Below, one piece after another: positions 14,061 through 26,673 of a stretch of DNA of 64,000 nucleotides. The translations under genes were made by a program, and so were the position numbers. Each line of letters begins with the position of its first letter. The first letter of the stretch is position 1. The notes beneath the pieces are model-generated. The model worked only from the letters and a program-made list of their open reading frames with translations, searched no databases and was not told the origin of the DNA. The stretch is from Microbotryum violaceum (taxonomy: Eukaryota), in the NCBI GenBank assembly GCA_001244265.2, contig CDLV01000009.1:620001-684000 (forward strand), written 5' to 3'.

Positions 14061-14526
14061 TATGTTGGGTGTCACCCTGCACTCTCGTCTACGATGCGAC
14101 ATGAGCTCGTCTTGGTTTTCGGGCTCGCCGGAGTCTCCAACCGTCTCGTGTGCTACTCGTGATCCAGACAACACAATGGATAGCAGGAAGCCTCATGGCG
14201 ATACACAGCCTGGAGATCACGTCGGTGAGTTCGAATAGGATATTGAAGCTCCTGCATGCTCTATTGTCCTAAGGAGCTCTGCTCTTCTCCTCCTCCTCAT
14301 GTCCCTTGTTGTTTCGGAATGACTCACCCCTGATCTCATCACCCGGCCATTGTTTCGTGCGCAGGCTACAGCAGTGACGACGCGGAAGAAGTCTCACAAC
14401 ATCACAGTAAGTTCCAGGACAGAAAAAGCAACTTCTTAGCTTTGCTCGTGCCCTTGATTCCAGATTGTCACTCAATGATCCTTCCTCTCTTCGTGTCTGC
14501 TCTGCGCCGCTCTAGTTTCCACCCCT

Positions 14527-15041
14527 GTGTCTACGAGATCCGTAACTTTCGAGGGGTCGAGACTTGCAAGGAATGTTTCGTCCTCTGCTGGCACAGTCAT
14601 TATCCAGCACCCACAACCTGGCGGTTTGTCACACGTGGGATCTGTACAAGGAAACAACATGTCGACAGCACGAACTCGTCTTGCATCGGACCAATCCGAT
14701 TCGCCCCTAAACCGACCAACGCTCGCCTTTCCTTCATTTTCGCCAGTATTCGCCACGCGCGATATCGAACACCTACCAAAGAAATGCAAGTACTCTGAGG
14801 TTCCTCAAGAGAGTAGCCCTTCCGCTGTTGTTACTCCCAGCAAGCGGCGTCATTCGGCTGCGGAAAGCGTGACCCCGAGCTCCAGTCGGCGGAAAGCTTG
14901 CTCGCAATGTCGAGACCGAAAGTTGAAGTGTGATCTAGGTCATCCATGCTCGAAGTAGGTACAGTCTAGTATTTCATCATACCAAGAAAGAGCTGACAAC
15001 TGGTTTGTTCATTTTGAGCAGCTGCACTAAGAAAAGGAGAG
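14527..15041 (+). CDS. Zn(II)2Cys6 (Gal4-type) cluster-encoding exons inside the MULE; possibly the C-terminus of the transposase/protease gene
   Basis: 'RRKACSQCRDRKLKCDLGHPCS' + intron (14955-15020) + 'NCTKKRR'; five of the six cysteines are visible. Confidence 0.7.
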
Positions 15042-15277
15042 GTAAAGCGAGCCAGGTTTTTACATGTGAATACGTTTAAATATCGTTCAACTGCAATGAT
15101 CATACAAGCAAAAGTCCGCCGATGTCGAAGCGTGACTTATTAGAATCTGTATCTTCGCTCGATCTCTATAAACTGTTCTTCATGGATGAGAGAAGCGAGG
15201 GACCGGTGCCAATTCTGGTCTAATCCGAGTCGGCGCAATCACGTTCGGGAGTGTCGGCCTTGGCGGTTCGGGCGCCG

Positions 15278-15603
15278 GACCGCTGACACCACGGGCGCGG
15301 AGAGGCCAGGCGGGGCAGAATATCGATGTAGTAGCTACTGCTTCGTCCGCTTCGTCTCACCGGCCAGAAGTACTATAGACCTATACATGCATCAAACTAC
15401 TGTTCCCAGAGTGATACATCACACATTGCAAGAGATACAGACGTCTATACTATGTGGTACCAAAGTCCCCATGAACGTGGTACAAGAATGACCTCGGATG
15501 TGATCCCAAAGTCCGCTCCGATGTGATCCCAAAGTCGCCTCCGATGTGGGACCAGAGTCGCCTCCGATGTAGGACCACAGTTGCCATCTTCGGGACCAAA
15601 GTG
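15278..15603 (-). repeat. Right inverted repeat of the MULE (fewer tandem units than the left)
   Basis: Reverse complement of 5460-5875. Confidence 0.9.
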
Positions 15604-15984
15604 CCCTGCTATTCGCGGGATTAACCTAATTCCGAAAAGAAACGGGCCGGCGCGCTCACATCGTGCGCGATCGACTTCTCTGGCTGGCAATCTTCGACGA
15701 TCCTAGCGTTCTCTCCACACTTTTCTTCAAGGTGACTCGGTACATGAGTGGATGAGACGGATTTCTAGTGACCGATCTATAGCTATCTATAGGCGCGTAC
15801 CCACGTGAAACCCACTTATCTGTTGTCTTCTAGTACCAAAGCCCACCTCCGATTGCCCCTTACTCTCCTTCTCGGTCGCCCCTTTCACCATCAGACTTTA
15901 GGCTTGCTTTGCTCGACTCATCATCACCCCTCGCCTGTTCTTCTTCCTCGTTATTCAATCTCCACTCAAGGAGCACTTCACACC

Positions 15985-18363
15985 ATGCACGAGAAATCCG
16001 ACAACGGCTCAATGGACGAAAAAAATGTCACGGTGAATGCCTACATCGCCGCCCCCGCCGACGCGCACCCTGTCTCACTCGTTGAATACCTCCACTGGGC
16101 CAAACTCCAACGCGAGATCGAAGCTGAGGATACGACGTGAGTATACTTCTGTATCTTGAAACTTCCTTTCACCGGGCTGGTAGGCGTACCAAACCCGTCA
16201 TGCCTACTAGTCAGGGCAGCCCGGGCTTGCGATTCGCGCGGCAAACGGCGCGCTGTGCCGTATGTCGGGGATATCGCGAGCGCGACTCGGCTCGGGATTC
16301 GTTAGGTTTACAAATGCCGCTTTGCTGACCGGGCCATGATCTACTCGACTACACCCTCAAATTCATTTATCCCGGTCAAGACTGGTGGTCTCGGACCTCT
16401 AGGAAAAGTCATCGCCAAGCAAATGGAAAAGAAGGGTGACGCACCAGGAATCGATGACGAGGCGCATCGCCGAATGGAAGGCGAATTGGAACAAATGCAA
16501 GGCCTCTCTGACCATCAAACCGTGAGTAAATACACTGTCTACTATGCATTTGATCCTGGTGTTTACACTGGCGCCATTAGGCTAGATTGCTAACGCTAGC
16601 GACTCTCGGATCCCCATCGCGCGTGCGATCAAAATAGGAGCTCTCAAACGCACGTCGTTTGCTGCGACAAGCAGGATGGGCCACCGGTTTCTTTGTCATT
16701 ACAGCGGACATACTTGGACCCTTCAATGCACCTTTTGCGATTAGTACAATTGGTCTGGCTCCCGGAATCTGTCTCTGTGAGTAACAAGGGAAAGAGGTCG
16801 AGAATGAGGAGATGTTCAACTGCGCAATAGTGTTCCACCGGCGGCGTTGCTGATTCTGAGTTGGCTGGGAACCTCGCAGATACGCTTTTCGGTCTTGCAG
16901 CTGGCTTTACTGGGTTCATGATCTGGAAGATCTTCTGCCAGCTCGATTCTGTGCGATTCCCGGTGAAAAGCACACCGTGAGTCTTTCCGTTGCCGCGGTC
17001 TCACCCGTCTATAACAAACTCCTGAAGATTCCTCACCTTCACTCAGTACGGTCCCTGAGCTCGCCATGTCTGTAACGTGCTTGTTACCGTCCAACTTCTT
17101 TTCAGCTGCGCCATTGTCATTCTCGGTAACGGAGGCGGCCTGTCCCAAATCGTTCAAGGAAAGCTCTGCTTCACGATCACAGTTTTGATCTGGGCTGTTG
17201 TCGGTGCTGCCATCAGCATGGTCCGAGAACTGCACATGTTCTCGGTGTTTGCAGACTTTTCCATGTGGCTCAACGTCCTGATCATGATCTTGTCGATGGC
17301 CTTTGTCGCGCACTCGCCTCCCAACATCGCTGGTGCGATCGCGGCGTACGGCGATTCGATCGGCACCGGACCCGTCGCTATCAAGGCCATCGTAGGTGGC
17401 TCCCTCTTCAACCAGAACAACGGCGCGTTCAACATGGTCTTCCTATGGAGGTAGCATGATTTTCCCTGAAATCATCGCCGAGATGCGACGACCCTACGAC
17501 GCCATCAAAGGTATTGCGTGCGCCCAAATCTTCGTCTTCACCGTCTATCTCTTCTACGGAATCTTCATCCACTGCTTCCAGGGCCAATATACCTTGCCGC
17601 TTGCCTACCAAGGTGCTGCCAAGTACGCTTGGCAATGCGTCGGAAATGGAATCGCACTCGCCACCGTAACCGTTGCCGCTGGACTTTACGCAAATGTCGG
17701 TCTCAAGGTCGTCTATTCCAACATCGTCGAGGGTCTCTTCAAGGGTTCTTCGCTCATGACGAGGAAGGGCCAAATGATTTATCCCCATGCTCATCGTTTG
17801 GTGGACCTTGGCTTGTGTAATCGGAACGGGATTGCCGGGTCTCGGCGCCCTGACTGGTCTCGTCGGTGCCGTCGCGATCTTCCATTTTACGTACACGTTC
17901 CCTCCGCTCCTAATCCTCGGTCTCACGATGGGTATCGACGTCTCTCTGGCTGATGAGCCTTTCACGACTCCTGGCGTTGCCCCCAAGCGCATCGACAGCT
18001 GGAGCAACTTTGTGAGTTTTCCAAACCGTCGCAAGCAAAGCTCTGCTCATTTATGAAGAGTACTGGACCGACATTGCTTGGCATCTCTCTCTCTCTCTAC
18101 AGTCTCGCTGGAAGCGTGGTTTGCTCGCCGGTGGCAACAAGCGTCTCATCTTCAAGTGAGCCTCACAATCAGTGATTCCTTTTCCTTCGACCCCAGGCTT
18201 AGAGACTGATCGACGCCGCATCGCGCCAAACAGACTTTTCAACCTCGTCTTCTTCATTGGAGCCCTCGGAACCGGAGGTCTCAGCATGTGGGGTACGGGA
18301 ACGGCTCTTGCTCAAACGATCAAGGCCGGTGCAGCTTCCTCGTTCGGATGTGCTGCTCCCGTG
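15985..18363 (+). pseudogene. Amino-acid transporter copy 2 (tandem paralogue of 2581-4791), disrupted
   Basis: Same exon layout as copy 1, but with frameshifts near 17444 and 17780, a rearranged segment plus TGG>TGA near 16965-17060, and loss of the copy-1 stop codon. Confidence 0.85.
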
Positions 18364-18654
18364 TTCGCTTTGGTCTCACTGCGCGATCTGTTGTCAACAT
18401 TTAGATCAAAATTTAGGTCATCTCATAGCTTTTCATTTCCTCTCGAATTTTTCACGCCTTTATTTGGGTTATGCTTGTCATGAACACCGCTTCTGTTCTT
18501 CTACTAAAGTTTATCGCTAATCGCCGAGCGATCAGACTGGCTCGAGAGCGATCGTCGATCGAGCCAGTCTGAGCCGCGCAAGCCTCAGGTCACTTTCTAC
18601 GACTAGGCTTCGCAAAGACTGCATCCGTGGATTGACGCACAGAAAGCAGAAGAA

Positions 18655-19449
18655 ATGGCATCTACAACAGTTCCACCAGCAGCCACCTCATCGCACCCCA
18701 TCCCTTTCCCGAGTTCAGCCAAGACGAACCTGTCTTACCTCGTTCGAGGTCCGCAAGCGGGTGGAGCTCGTCCGGCGAGTTTGACGCTGCGAACGGCGCT
18801 TCGATCTACTCGATATGTCGTCAAGTTCGTTTTCTGGAGAATCTTAAGATACTGTGAGCTAAGGGTTCCCCACTTGAGAAGATACACCGTCGGGCCGGGC
18901 GATACCTTCTTGTTGTTTCCGATCGCGACGGAGGCCGATGACGTCGTTTCACCCCACGACTCCAGCTGACCGTGGAATGACTTACCCAACCACACAGTCA
19001 AGTACACTCTGATAGCTGCGGGAACAGCAGCATTGGCCGGAACAGCGATCGGGTCCATAGTTCCCGTTGCTGGTGCGCTGCTTGTACCGAGCATCCCTGT
19101 CGGTCAGTCTGAGAGGGAGAGGTCGACTTCTTCGACGTGAGTGAGAGGGGACGAGGCCCGCTGATAGGGTATTGCATTCGTCGTTCAATAGCTGCCGCGA
19201 TCGGACTAGGAACGGCCGTTCTTAAGGTAAGTTGGAAAGCAAATGCGAGCGTCGGACTTCCCTCGGGTTTTTGGACTTTGAGCTGATCCCCCGAATGAGG
19301 TTCCTCCTCGGCAGTTTGGCTGGAGACACCGCGGCAATCACTTCCGGCAAGGGTGGCTCGGAGGAGAAGGGAGAGATGCCCGAGCCGACGAAAGAAACGA
19401 TGCCGAGGAAGCTCAAGCGAGCAAGGCATGGACATCCGAAAGCTTTTAG
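18655..19449 (+). CDS. Small multi-exon hypothetical membrane protein
   Basis: Four exons splice to 'MASTT...FWRILRY/VKYTLIAAGTAALAGTAIG...PV/AAAIGLGTAVLK/FGWRHRG...ESF*' with hydrophobic Gly/Ala-rich segments. Confidence 0.65.
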
Positions 19450-19567
19450 CTTGCGCGGCTGCGTGTATGCGGGCTAAGAGGCGGGAACCTCTGGAGAATC
19501 ATATAGCAAGGGTCTAAGGATGTACACTATTCCATACACAATGGCATGACAATCAAAACTAGAAAAG

Positions 19568-20838
19568 CTAGGCGTTGAGACCGCAGATTGAAAGCTCTCG
19601 CATTTCCTGCAAACACCCTTCGACCTGTTGGATTGAAATGGACGCGAGAGCGGGGTCAACACACACACATTCCGGCGGGCCTGAGGAGTAGGATTATATG
19701 TGAAATGCTGACCTGTGCGTCCAATTGACCAGAGGCATAGTCGTCTCGCACGGTGTCGGCAAAATATCGCTGCACGCCCCCGAGCTTCTCATAACCGTCC
19801 GACGCAAAGTGAGCTTGCACTCGAACCTGTGTCATCGAGATCGAATACATTAGCGAAATCGAAGATGAATGAACATGCTACATCTCAATCTCAACCCACC
19901 ATGCATTCGAAAGACGGATCGAGGTAAGGCACACGCAGATCAAGAAGCTGGGGCAGATCGTTTCGAACCTGTTGGTCAAGCACCTCGAAAATCTCTTTTG
20001 CTGTCTCGGCTTCCTGCTCGGCCTGCGGAAAGTGGAGAAAAGCAATGAGTCAATGGCTGTACACTCGACGCGCACAGAGCGCATGCCTAGGTTCGCCCGA
20101 ACGTACAATTCGCAACTTTGTCGGATCATCCGATGGCTTGTTGGAGAGTTTCTTGGCTTTTGACCTCGCAGCGTCATAGTCAATCAACTGTGACGAGTCG
20201 ATTGAGCCGAACAAACACTGTCAGTGCTACACTCCACTGGTAATGGGGACCATGCTCGACTCGAGACTCGATCCTGACCTTCTTGTTCCGCTTCTCGATC
20301 GTCTTGTTCACCTCGGGCCAATGGGAGCACAGTTTGCCTATCGGGTCCATCACGGTCGCGCGGTACGGTGCATCAATCTCCCTCGCGACGGCTCCCTCCA
20401 TTTCTTCCGTGGCCCTCTTGTACGCGTTGGCGGACATGGCGGATTCTCCCGCATCCGAGCCGAAGAAGAGGTCGAGCGTGCCGGCGATTCGGGTCGACGA
20501 GGCGGAGACCTGTCGTACGCTGTCGAGGTAGGCCTTGGCTTCCTTTTGCAATGCGTTCGAGTTCTTTTCCAGTCTGTGGATGGCATGCAGCGGGTCTGGT
20601 TAGTATGCCGGGCCTCGCAGTCAGGCGCAGCAATGCCCCCCGGGGATGCCGACGCTCATTCTCCCAAAACGATAAGCCCAGTCCGCTTAACCCCACGACC
20701 AAAGACGTTGGCTCACGTGCGATACATCTGATCCTCCCTCTGGAACTCGGCGTCGTTCGTCTTCTCGACCTGGCCGGTCTTCATCATGACCGAGGTCGTG
20801 GCCCGAGCGGTGGCCTTCTTCAATCCTGCCCACGACAT
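19568..20838 (-). CDS. RVS161: N-BAR amphiphysin-like protein Hob3/Rvs161
   Basis: N-terminus 'MSWAGLKKATARATTSVMMKTGQVEKTND', 'QKEAKAYLDSVR', C-terminus 'LDAQVEGCLQEMRELSICG'. Confidence 0.9.
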
Positions 20839-21733
20839 GATGTGCTAAAGCTTCCTTGGGCGGTGTGATGCGGAGGGTCTATGACTACAGATTGTACGGG
20901 TCGCCGCTCACGGTTGTCGTGTATGGGATGGTGAGTAGAGCGAGGCCGAATTCCAAAAGAGGCGGTGGTGAGGCAGTGCGGGGGGGCGCCCAACGTCAGC
21001 CTCACTTGCAGCAACTGCAACGCATGCTCTGGACGCCAGAGCTACACAAAAGGACCTACGTGTATTTCCAATGGATTGAGATCCTCACGGAGACTATGGA
21101 GAGGGTGCTTGTTCTGGCGTTGGAGCTGTAAAGGTCCAACGGAGGTGATCAGCGCTCCGAGTCCCGTACAGAAGGGTACAGCAGGTGACGCCGCTGCCGC
21201 TGATCTAGCGCTGATCCTTTGTCTCGCCAAGTCAGTGTCCGGTGAGCCATGCAGCCCCAGACGTCTCGTACGAGCCATCGGGTCGATCTGCACGGTTGAG
21301 GTAGAGATCACAGGGTCTGGCTCACCTGGTGCGAGCGGGTAGTCGGCTACGTGTTGGCGATGGGATGAAACTGTTGAGAGCGGGAGGATGACGAGCGCAG
21401 CACCGTTCACTCGGCGTGACAGAGACCGTGCCGACCGTCAGCGCCTGTTAGCGCGTCAGCCTGCGTCAGCAGTCGCCAGCGCAGCCCGGACAGAATTAGT
21501 GAGGACAAGAAAGCCCGAGTTCGATCGTTTGGAGCTTCTCTGCCTGGGAGCATTCGCTCTTTTTTATTTTTTTATTTGATAGACTTCATTAACAGCATAA
21601 TTATATTAATACCTAGAAATCTTCGGAAAAGTCGGAGGGAATGCTGTTACGCACACTGGCAGAAGCCAGTAGTGTAGGAATCATTGACCTTGAACCAGGA
21701 TCAACCATACCCACTAAAACCCCCTTTGGTGTC

Positions 21734-24700
21734 TTACAGAGACACTAGGCGACCCTTGGACTCCTGGATAGAGGCTCGAAGCCCCTCGAACTCCGTTTCG
21801 GTGATCGGTTCCAAAAGATCCGACGAGAATCGACGACGGCGACAGAGCTTCCAGATCGAGTGAAAGAAGAGGACTCGTAGTTCGACAAGTCGACGTTCCG
21901 AGCGAGACACGACCGGGCATACAAAGTCCACAAAGACTGGGTGGGGGGTCGGGGACAGAGCAGACCAGAGGCGCCGGGCAAATGGGCAGCCGACCGCGAG
22001 GTGAACCAGGCACTCGGGTGCTTCCGAGAGGCACATCACACAGGAGGTAGATCGATTGTTGCGATGTGGGCTGGTTGGGGAGGCGACTTGGCTTCCCGGA
22101 TGGAGGGACCCCAGGGAGAGAAGGTGGCCGGTATCCTCGGCGTCCGAGTGAACCCGGCGAACCTTGCGCAAAGCCTTCCACCAAGCGTTCCAGCGTTGCT
22201 CAGGCAGATCGAATACCTTCTGGTGTCCCTTGGGGAAGATAGGGGGGAAGATGAAGACTTGGTGGCGTTTGGACGCGTTCACAAACGAAGACGGGGTCAT
22301 CACCTCGCCATCGGGCCCTCGAAAAAGCGTCGGGTTTACCGAGAGTTGTATCCCGTGGCCCGCTGGGAAATAGAGTACGTGCGTCGCCCATTGCTCGAAG
22401 TTCTGGCTCTTGGAGAGTTCCGGGGGATTGAGCGTGGTCACCAACGCCCAGGCTTCGAAGTATCGGACCCAACGAGCAGGAAGAAGTTTTGTCGTCTTTC
22501 TCACCGCATGGTCCCACTTTGGGGGAGGATGGCAAAAGTATGCCCACCGGATCCAAATCCAAGGCAACGATGCTGGTTGGGGGCCGGTCTGGACAAGGTG
22601 AAAGGGGTTGGTTCGTTTGGTGCCTGGAGGCGGATGCGGATGTCGAAGAGGTGGTGTGTGAAGCAGCCGTCCGGGGCCCGGAGCTGGAAGACCCACTTCG
22701 CGTGATCGATTGCTAGACGCCGAGGCAGATCAATCAAACCGAAGCCGCCGTGATCAAGAGGGGTGCAGAGGCGCGACCGGGAGACCTTCGGACGTCGCTG
22801 AGTACCATCCGAAGCTCGACCGTGAATGGCGAGCATGGCGGCCTCCTCGATCTCCTTGACAACGCTCTTGGGGGCGGGAAGAAATCGGCTGTAGTACAAG
22901 ATCTTTGTGTAGCAGTAGATATTGATGATCGAACACTTGGCTGCATATGGGAGATCGTACATCGGAATCGAGCGTATCCGAGCGATGGTCGAGGCCTTGA
23001 CATCTTCCCAGCCCGCATCCTCGGCGATCTCCACCCCGACCTGAATACCAAGGTAGCGAAACTGCGAATCGCTGAGACGCCAGGTCCCGAGATCTGGGGC
23101 GATCGACCGATCCCGAAAAGCTCCAAGGGGGTAGAGGAAAGATTTGACGTTGCTGAGCTTGCTGGCACTTGCCCGTTCGTAAAGCTCGATCGCCCGATTG
23201 AGGTGGTCGAGGTCCGAGAGGTTGTGGAGTGCGCAGCAAGCGTCGTCGGCAAAAAGGAGTTCGCGAACGTTTTGGAGGCCCGCAATATCGACGCCCTTGA
23301 CTCTCAATCGAATCTGACAGGCAAAACCTTCGATCGCCAGGACGAAGAGAAACGGAGCCAAAGGATCACCTTGCTGAACGCCCGACAGGATGTCGAAAGT
23401 GGCAGAGAGCCAACCGTTGAGGAAGATCGAGGCAGATTGGTTGGTGTAGGTCGCTCGGTACCATTGGCGGGCTTTGGGGCCGAGGCCAACGGCGCAGAGG
23501 ACTGCATCAAGGTACGGGTGGGAAAGACGATCGTAAGCCTTTTCAAAGTCCATCACCGCTAGCATGTCAGAGAGCCCGGAAGTCCAGGGTCCATGAGACA
23601 TTGGACCTCAGCGATGTTCGTGCCGATCCAACGATTCGGAACAAAGCCACGTTGGGTTGGGCCGATCAGGGACTCGAGCAAGGGAGCGAGGCGCTGGTTG
23701 TGGGCTTGCGAGATGATGCGCTCGTCCGCATTGATGAGCGATATGGGGCGTTTGTTCGAAAGCTGATCCCTCTCGCCGCGTTTGTGGATGAGATGGATGT
23801 GGGTGGTGTTGCGGGGAAGAGGTCCAGGCTGACGGGCCTCGGTGGGGATCGAGTTGATGACGTCTCGAAGAATCGGGCCAGTGGCCGGCCACGTAGCGCG
23901 ATAAAACTCAACCGGGAGGCCGTCAGGCCCTGGCGAAGAGTTCGACTTACACGCCGCTTGAGCCTTTGTCATCTCCTCCAACGGGTACGCTTCCTCGAGC
24001 TTGAGTGAGTCCGCGGGGGAGAGGCGAGTTGAAGCGAGGCCGTCGATGATCGCCTTCAGGGCCGCGTCATCGATGGGGCGGTCCTCATAGACCCGCTCGA
24101 AGTAGTCGCTGGCCGCTCCAAGCATCGAATCAGGGTCGGAATGAAAAACATCGTTGACCGTGAGCGAAGGGATCAGGTCGGATGCTCGCACTTTGCGCAG
24201 GCGGATGAAGATGGAAGAGGGACCCGCCAGAGATGGGTCGAGGCGGGACCGCAGGGCCGCGCCGTAGCGCGAGTGGTCAGCGAAAGTCCGGGCCAGAGCC
24301 TGCAGCTCGGGCAGCAGGCGGTCTTTGGTGGACGTCCAAGCTGCTGGTGGATCGTTGGGCGTCTGGAGGAGGGCTTTGTTGTAAAGGGTGCGGACAATGG
24401 AGGTGAGGTACTTGCAGGTCGCGTCGCCCTCGATCACGTGCAAACCCAGCTTGAATTTGCCCGGACCGATGTCGATTGCGCCCGGCACTTGGAACCGCGC
24501 CACCACCATCGAGTGCGTCGATTTGAGGACAGGAGCCCAAATTTTGTGATCATGGAAGAGGTCGACCCAATCAGGCGAGAGATAGATGCGGTCAAGGCGA
24601 CGGCACGTGCCGGGCGCTGAGCGATTCGTCATGGCTCGTCCTTTGGGATGATGGAGCCGATAGGCCTCGAAAAGATTGTTGGCCGTGGCAAGGTCGCGCA

Positions 24701-25240
24701 TCTCCTGACCCCCATAATTCGTTCCGTTTTGGTTCTCCGAATCGAGGGGCTGGGACTCAACACAATTCCAGTCCCCCCCGACTAGGAGCGCAGGCGGGAG
24801 GGTTCGTCACGTACAACTTGTCGGAGGGCGGTGCTGAGGTGTGAGAGGAAGCGTTTTTTGTCTGGCTTGTCGGAGGAAGGCGCGTATATTGATACAACCC
24901 GGACTTTTGAACCACCCACACAAAAGGTGGCGTCGGTGACTCGGTCCGGGAAAGAGAAAGAGGCACGAAGAGTGTTTGGAGGCGACTCGGGATCAAAAGT
25001 AATGACCACGGAGTCGCTCTTCCAAAGTATGGCAGTGTTGTTGAAAGGAGTGAAAAGAGCGGAGAGCTTTAAGTCTTGGCACTCCTGAGTCCACTGGGCC
25101 ACCCTTTCGGGGGAAGGTCGGCCAGTTTCGCTCAGGAGAAAGACGTCGGCGTTATGGGAGCGGAGATTGGAGAAAAGAGGCACGCTTACGGTCTTCATTG
25201 ATTGACTGCACGTTGGCAGCAACAAAAGACACGTTTGGGA
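21734..25240 (-). pseudogene. LINE ORF2 (APE endonuclease - reverse transcriptase - zinc finger)
   Basis: 'NVQS', 'LSET', 'SIYAP', 'GGDWNC', 'RLDRIY'; RT 'RPISLIN', 'DFEKAYD', 'GVQQGDPL', 'LLFADD', 'YLGI'; 'CVMC...HLAVGC'. Frameshifts near 24795, 23580 and 22600-22700. Confidence 0.9.
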
Positions 25241-25242
25241 TT

Positions 25243-26673
25243 TTAGTTGTGCTCATCATCTTGGTCCATAGCGTCTTCCACGTCCTTAGGAGGTGCTTCT
25301 TGGTCTTCGGCTTCTTCGTCGGCCTCGTCGTCGGTGTCGGCGTCATCGGGTCGGGCTTTGGGCGCGGCTGAGGGCAACGGCGTGGGCGAAGACGGCTCGG
25401 GGCTCGGCTCGGAGGCTTCGAGGGCAGGCGCAGTGGGAGGGGCTTCACGAGTGGCTGGCTTGGAGAGGGCGGCAATCGACTTGGATCGAGTTATGATCGG
25501 CTTTGGCGTGGCCGGAGGAGGGCTTGGGGATGGAGAGGTGGTCTCTGAGCTGGGGGACTCGGAGGATTTTTCAACGAGGGAGTAGGCAATTCCCTGATTG
25601 GAGGCAGGCTGGGGGCAGGAGGAGTGGCAGTTTTGCAAGGGAAATTGAAGGAGAACTCGGGGCGGGCATTCTTCGACAGAGAATCGGGCTGAGCTCTGTT
25701 GGACAGATCTTCAGTCTGGGCTGCCAGATCCTGTTCCACTCGACGTTTTTTGGTCGTGCGGTCGTGGGCGGAGGCCGGGGAGATCGACTTGGACACGGCG
25801 GCGGGGCGGCGGTGGTAATGGTGGAGGCTTGCGGGGCACGTGACGTGGGGGTCCCTGGGGGCTCGACGCATGACGGGCCGGGCAGTGCTGGGTGGCGTGC
25901 GAGGTGCTCGCGCAGGACTTGCACGCCGGGGCGACGGGGCAATCCTTACGGACGTGAGCCGCGGAACGGCAGAAGACGCAGTGGCGCATGCCACCGGTGA
26001 TCCTCAGTGGGATTCGCTCAGTGACACCGTCACGAGCAATAGAAAGTGAGGCAGGGGGCAAAACATCTACATCCTTAAGGGCAAGGATAAAGTCGTACAC
26101 CCCAGAGATGTGTTTCGTCTTTCCAATGTACTGGATGCGACGACGGAGGACCGTGCCATAGGCAGCGATCTGCTCATCGAATAGGCAGAGGCCCTCGGGG
26201 TCGGAGAAAAAGCCCGTAAGGGTGCATTGTACAACACCTCCTCTAGTAGAGCTGTACAGCTTCTCGACTTTGCACAGAGTCTTGCCAACAGTGAGGCCGT
26301 TGGCCACCAGGGTGTCGAGATCGGCGGCCTTGGGAAAGCGGAGGCCGCGCTGACCCTTGATGACGCATGGCATTGCGCCGGTAAGGCCAGGGTAGTATTT
26401 GTCAAGCGCGAGGAGGACTTGCTCGACCGAGGTTGAGGGTGGGGTGTTGATGATGACACAATTCTCGATGTTGTGCATCAGTGGATGGGCGGCGACGGCA
26501 GTCGAGGCGTTGGCGGTGGCGTTTCCGTGCTTCGCAGCGGAGCGGGCGCCGACCGCGGCGGAGTATGATTTGGTGGTGGTGGCGGGGGCTTGGCCGGGGG
26601 GATCGGGAGGGTCAGGGCGAAGAGGTGGTATAGCAGCATGGCTGGCGTTGTTGGTGTTGTTGTTGTTGTCCAT
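25243..26673 (-). pseudogene. LINE ORF1 (gag-like)
   Basis: 'CVFCRSAAHVRKDC' and 'CKSCASTSHATQHC' knuckles; the Pro/acidic tail is split across frames. Confidence 0.85.

Larger units (their letters stand above)
5455..15608 (+). mobile_element. Large Mutator-like (MULE) DNA transposon with long inverted terminal repeats
   Basis: 5460-5875 is the reverse complement of 15278-15603 (near-identical core, divergent at both margins) and the interval encodes a MULE-type DDE transposase. Exact termini uncertain. Confidence 0.8.

Noticed and set aside
15618-15634. 17-mer GGATTAACCTAATTCCG also present in reverse at 51731-51747
   Set aside because: One exact 17-bp match within 64 kb on both strands has an expectation of a few tenths (64000^2/4^17 is about 0.24), so it is not significant alone, although both copies lie upstream of genes.
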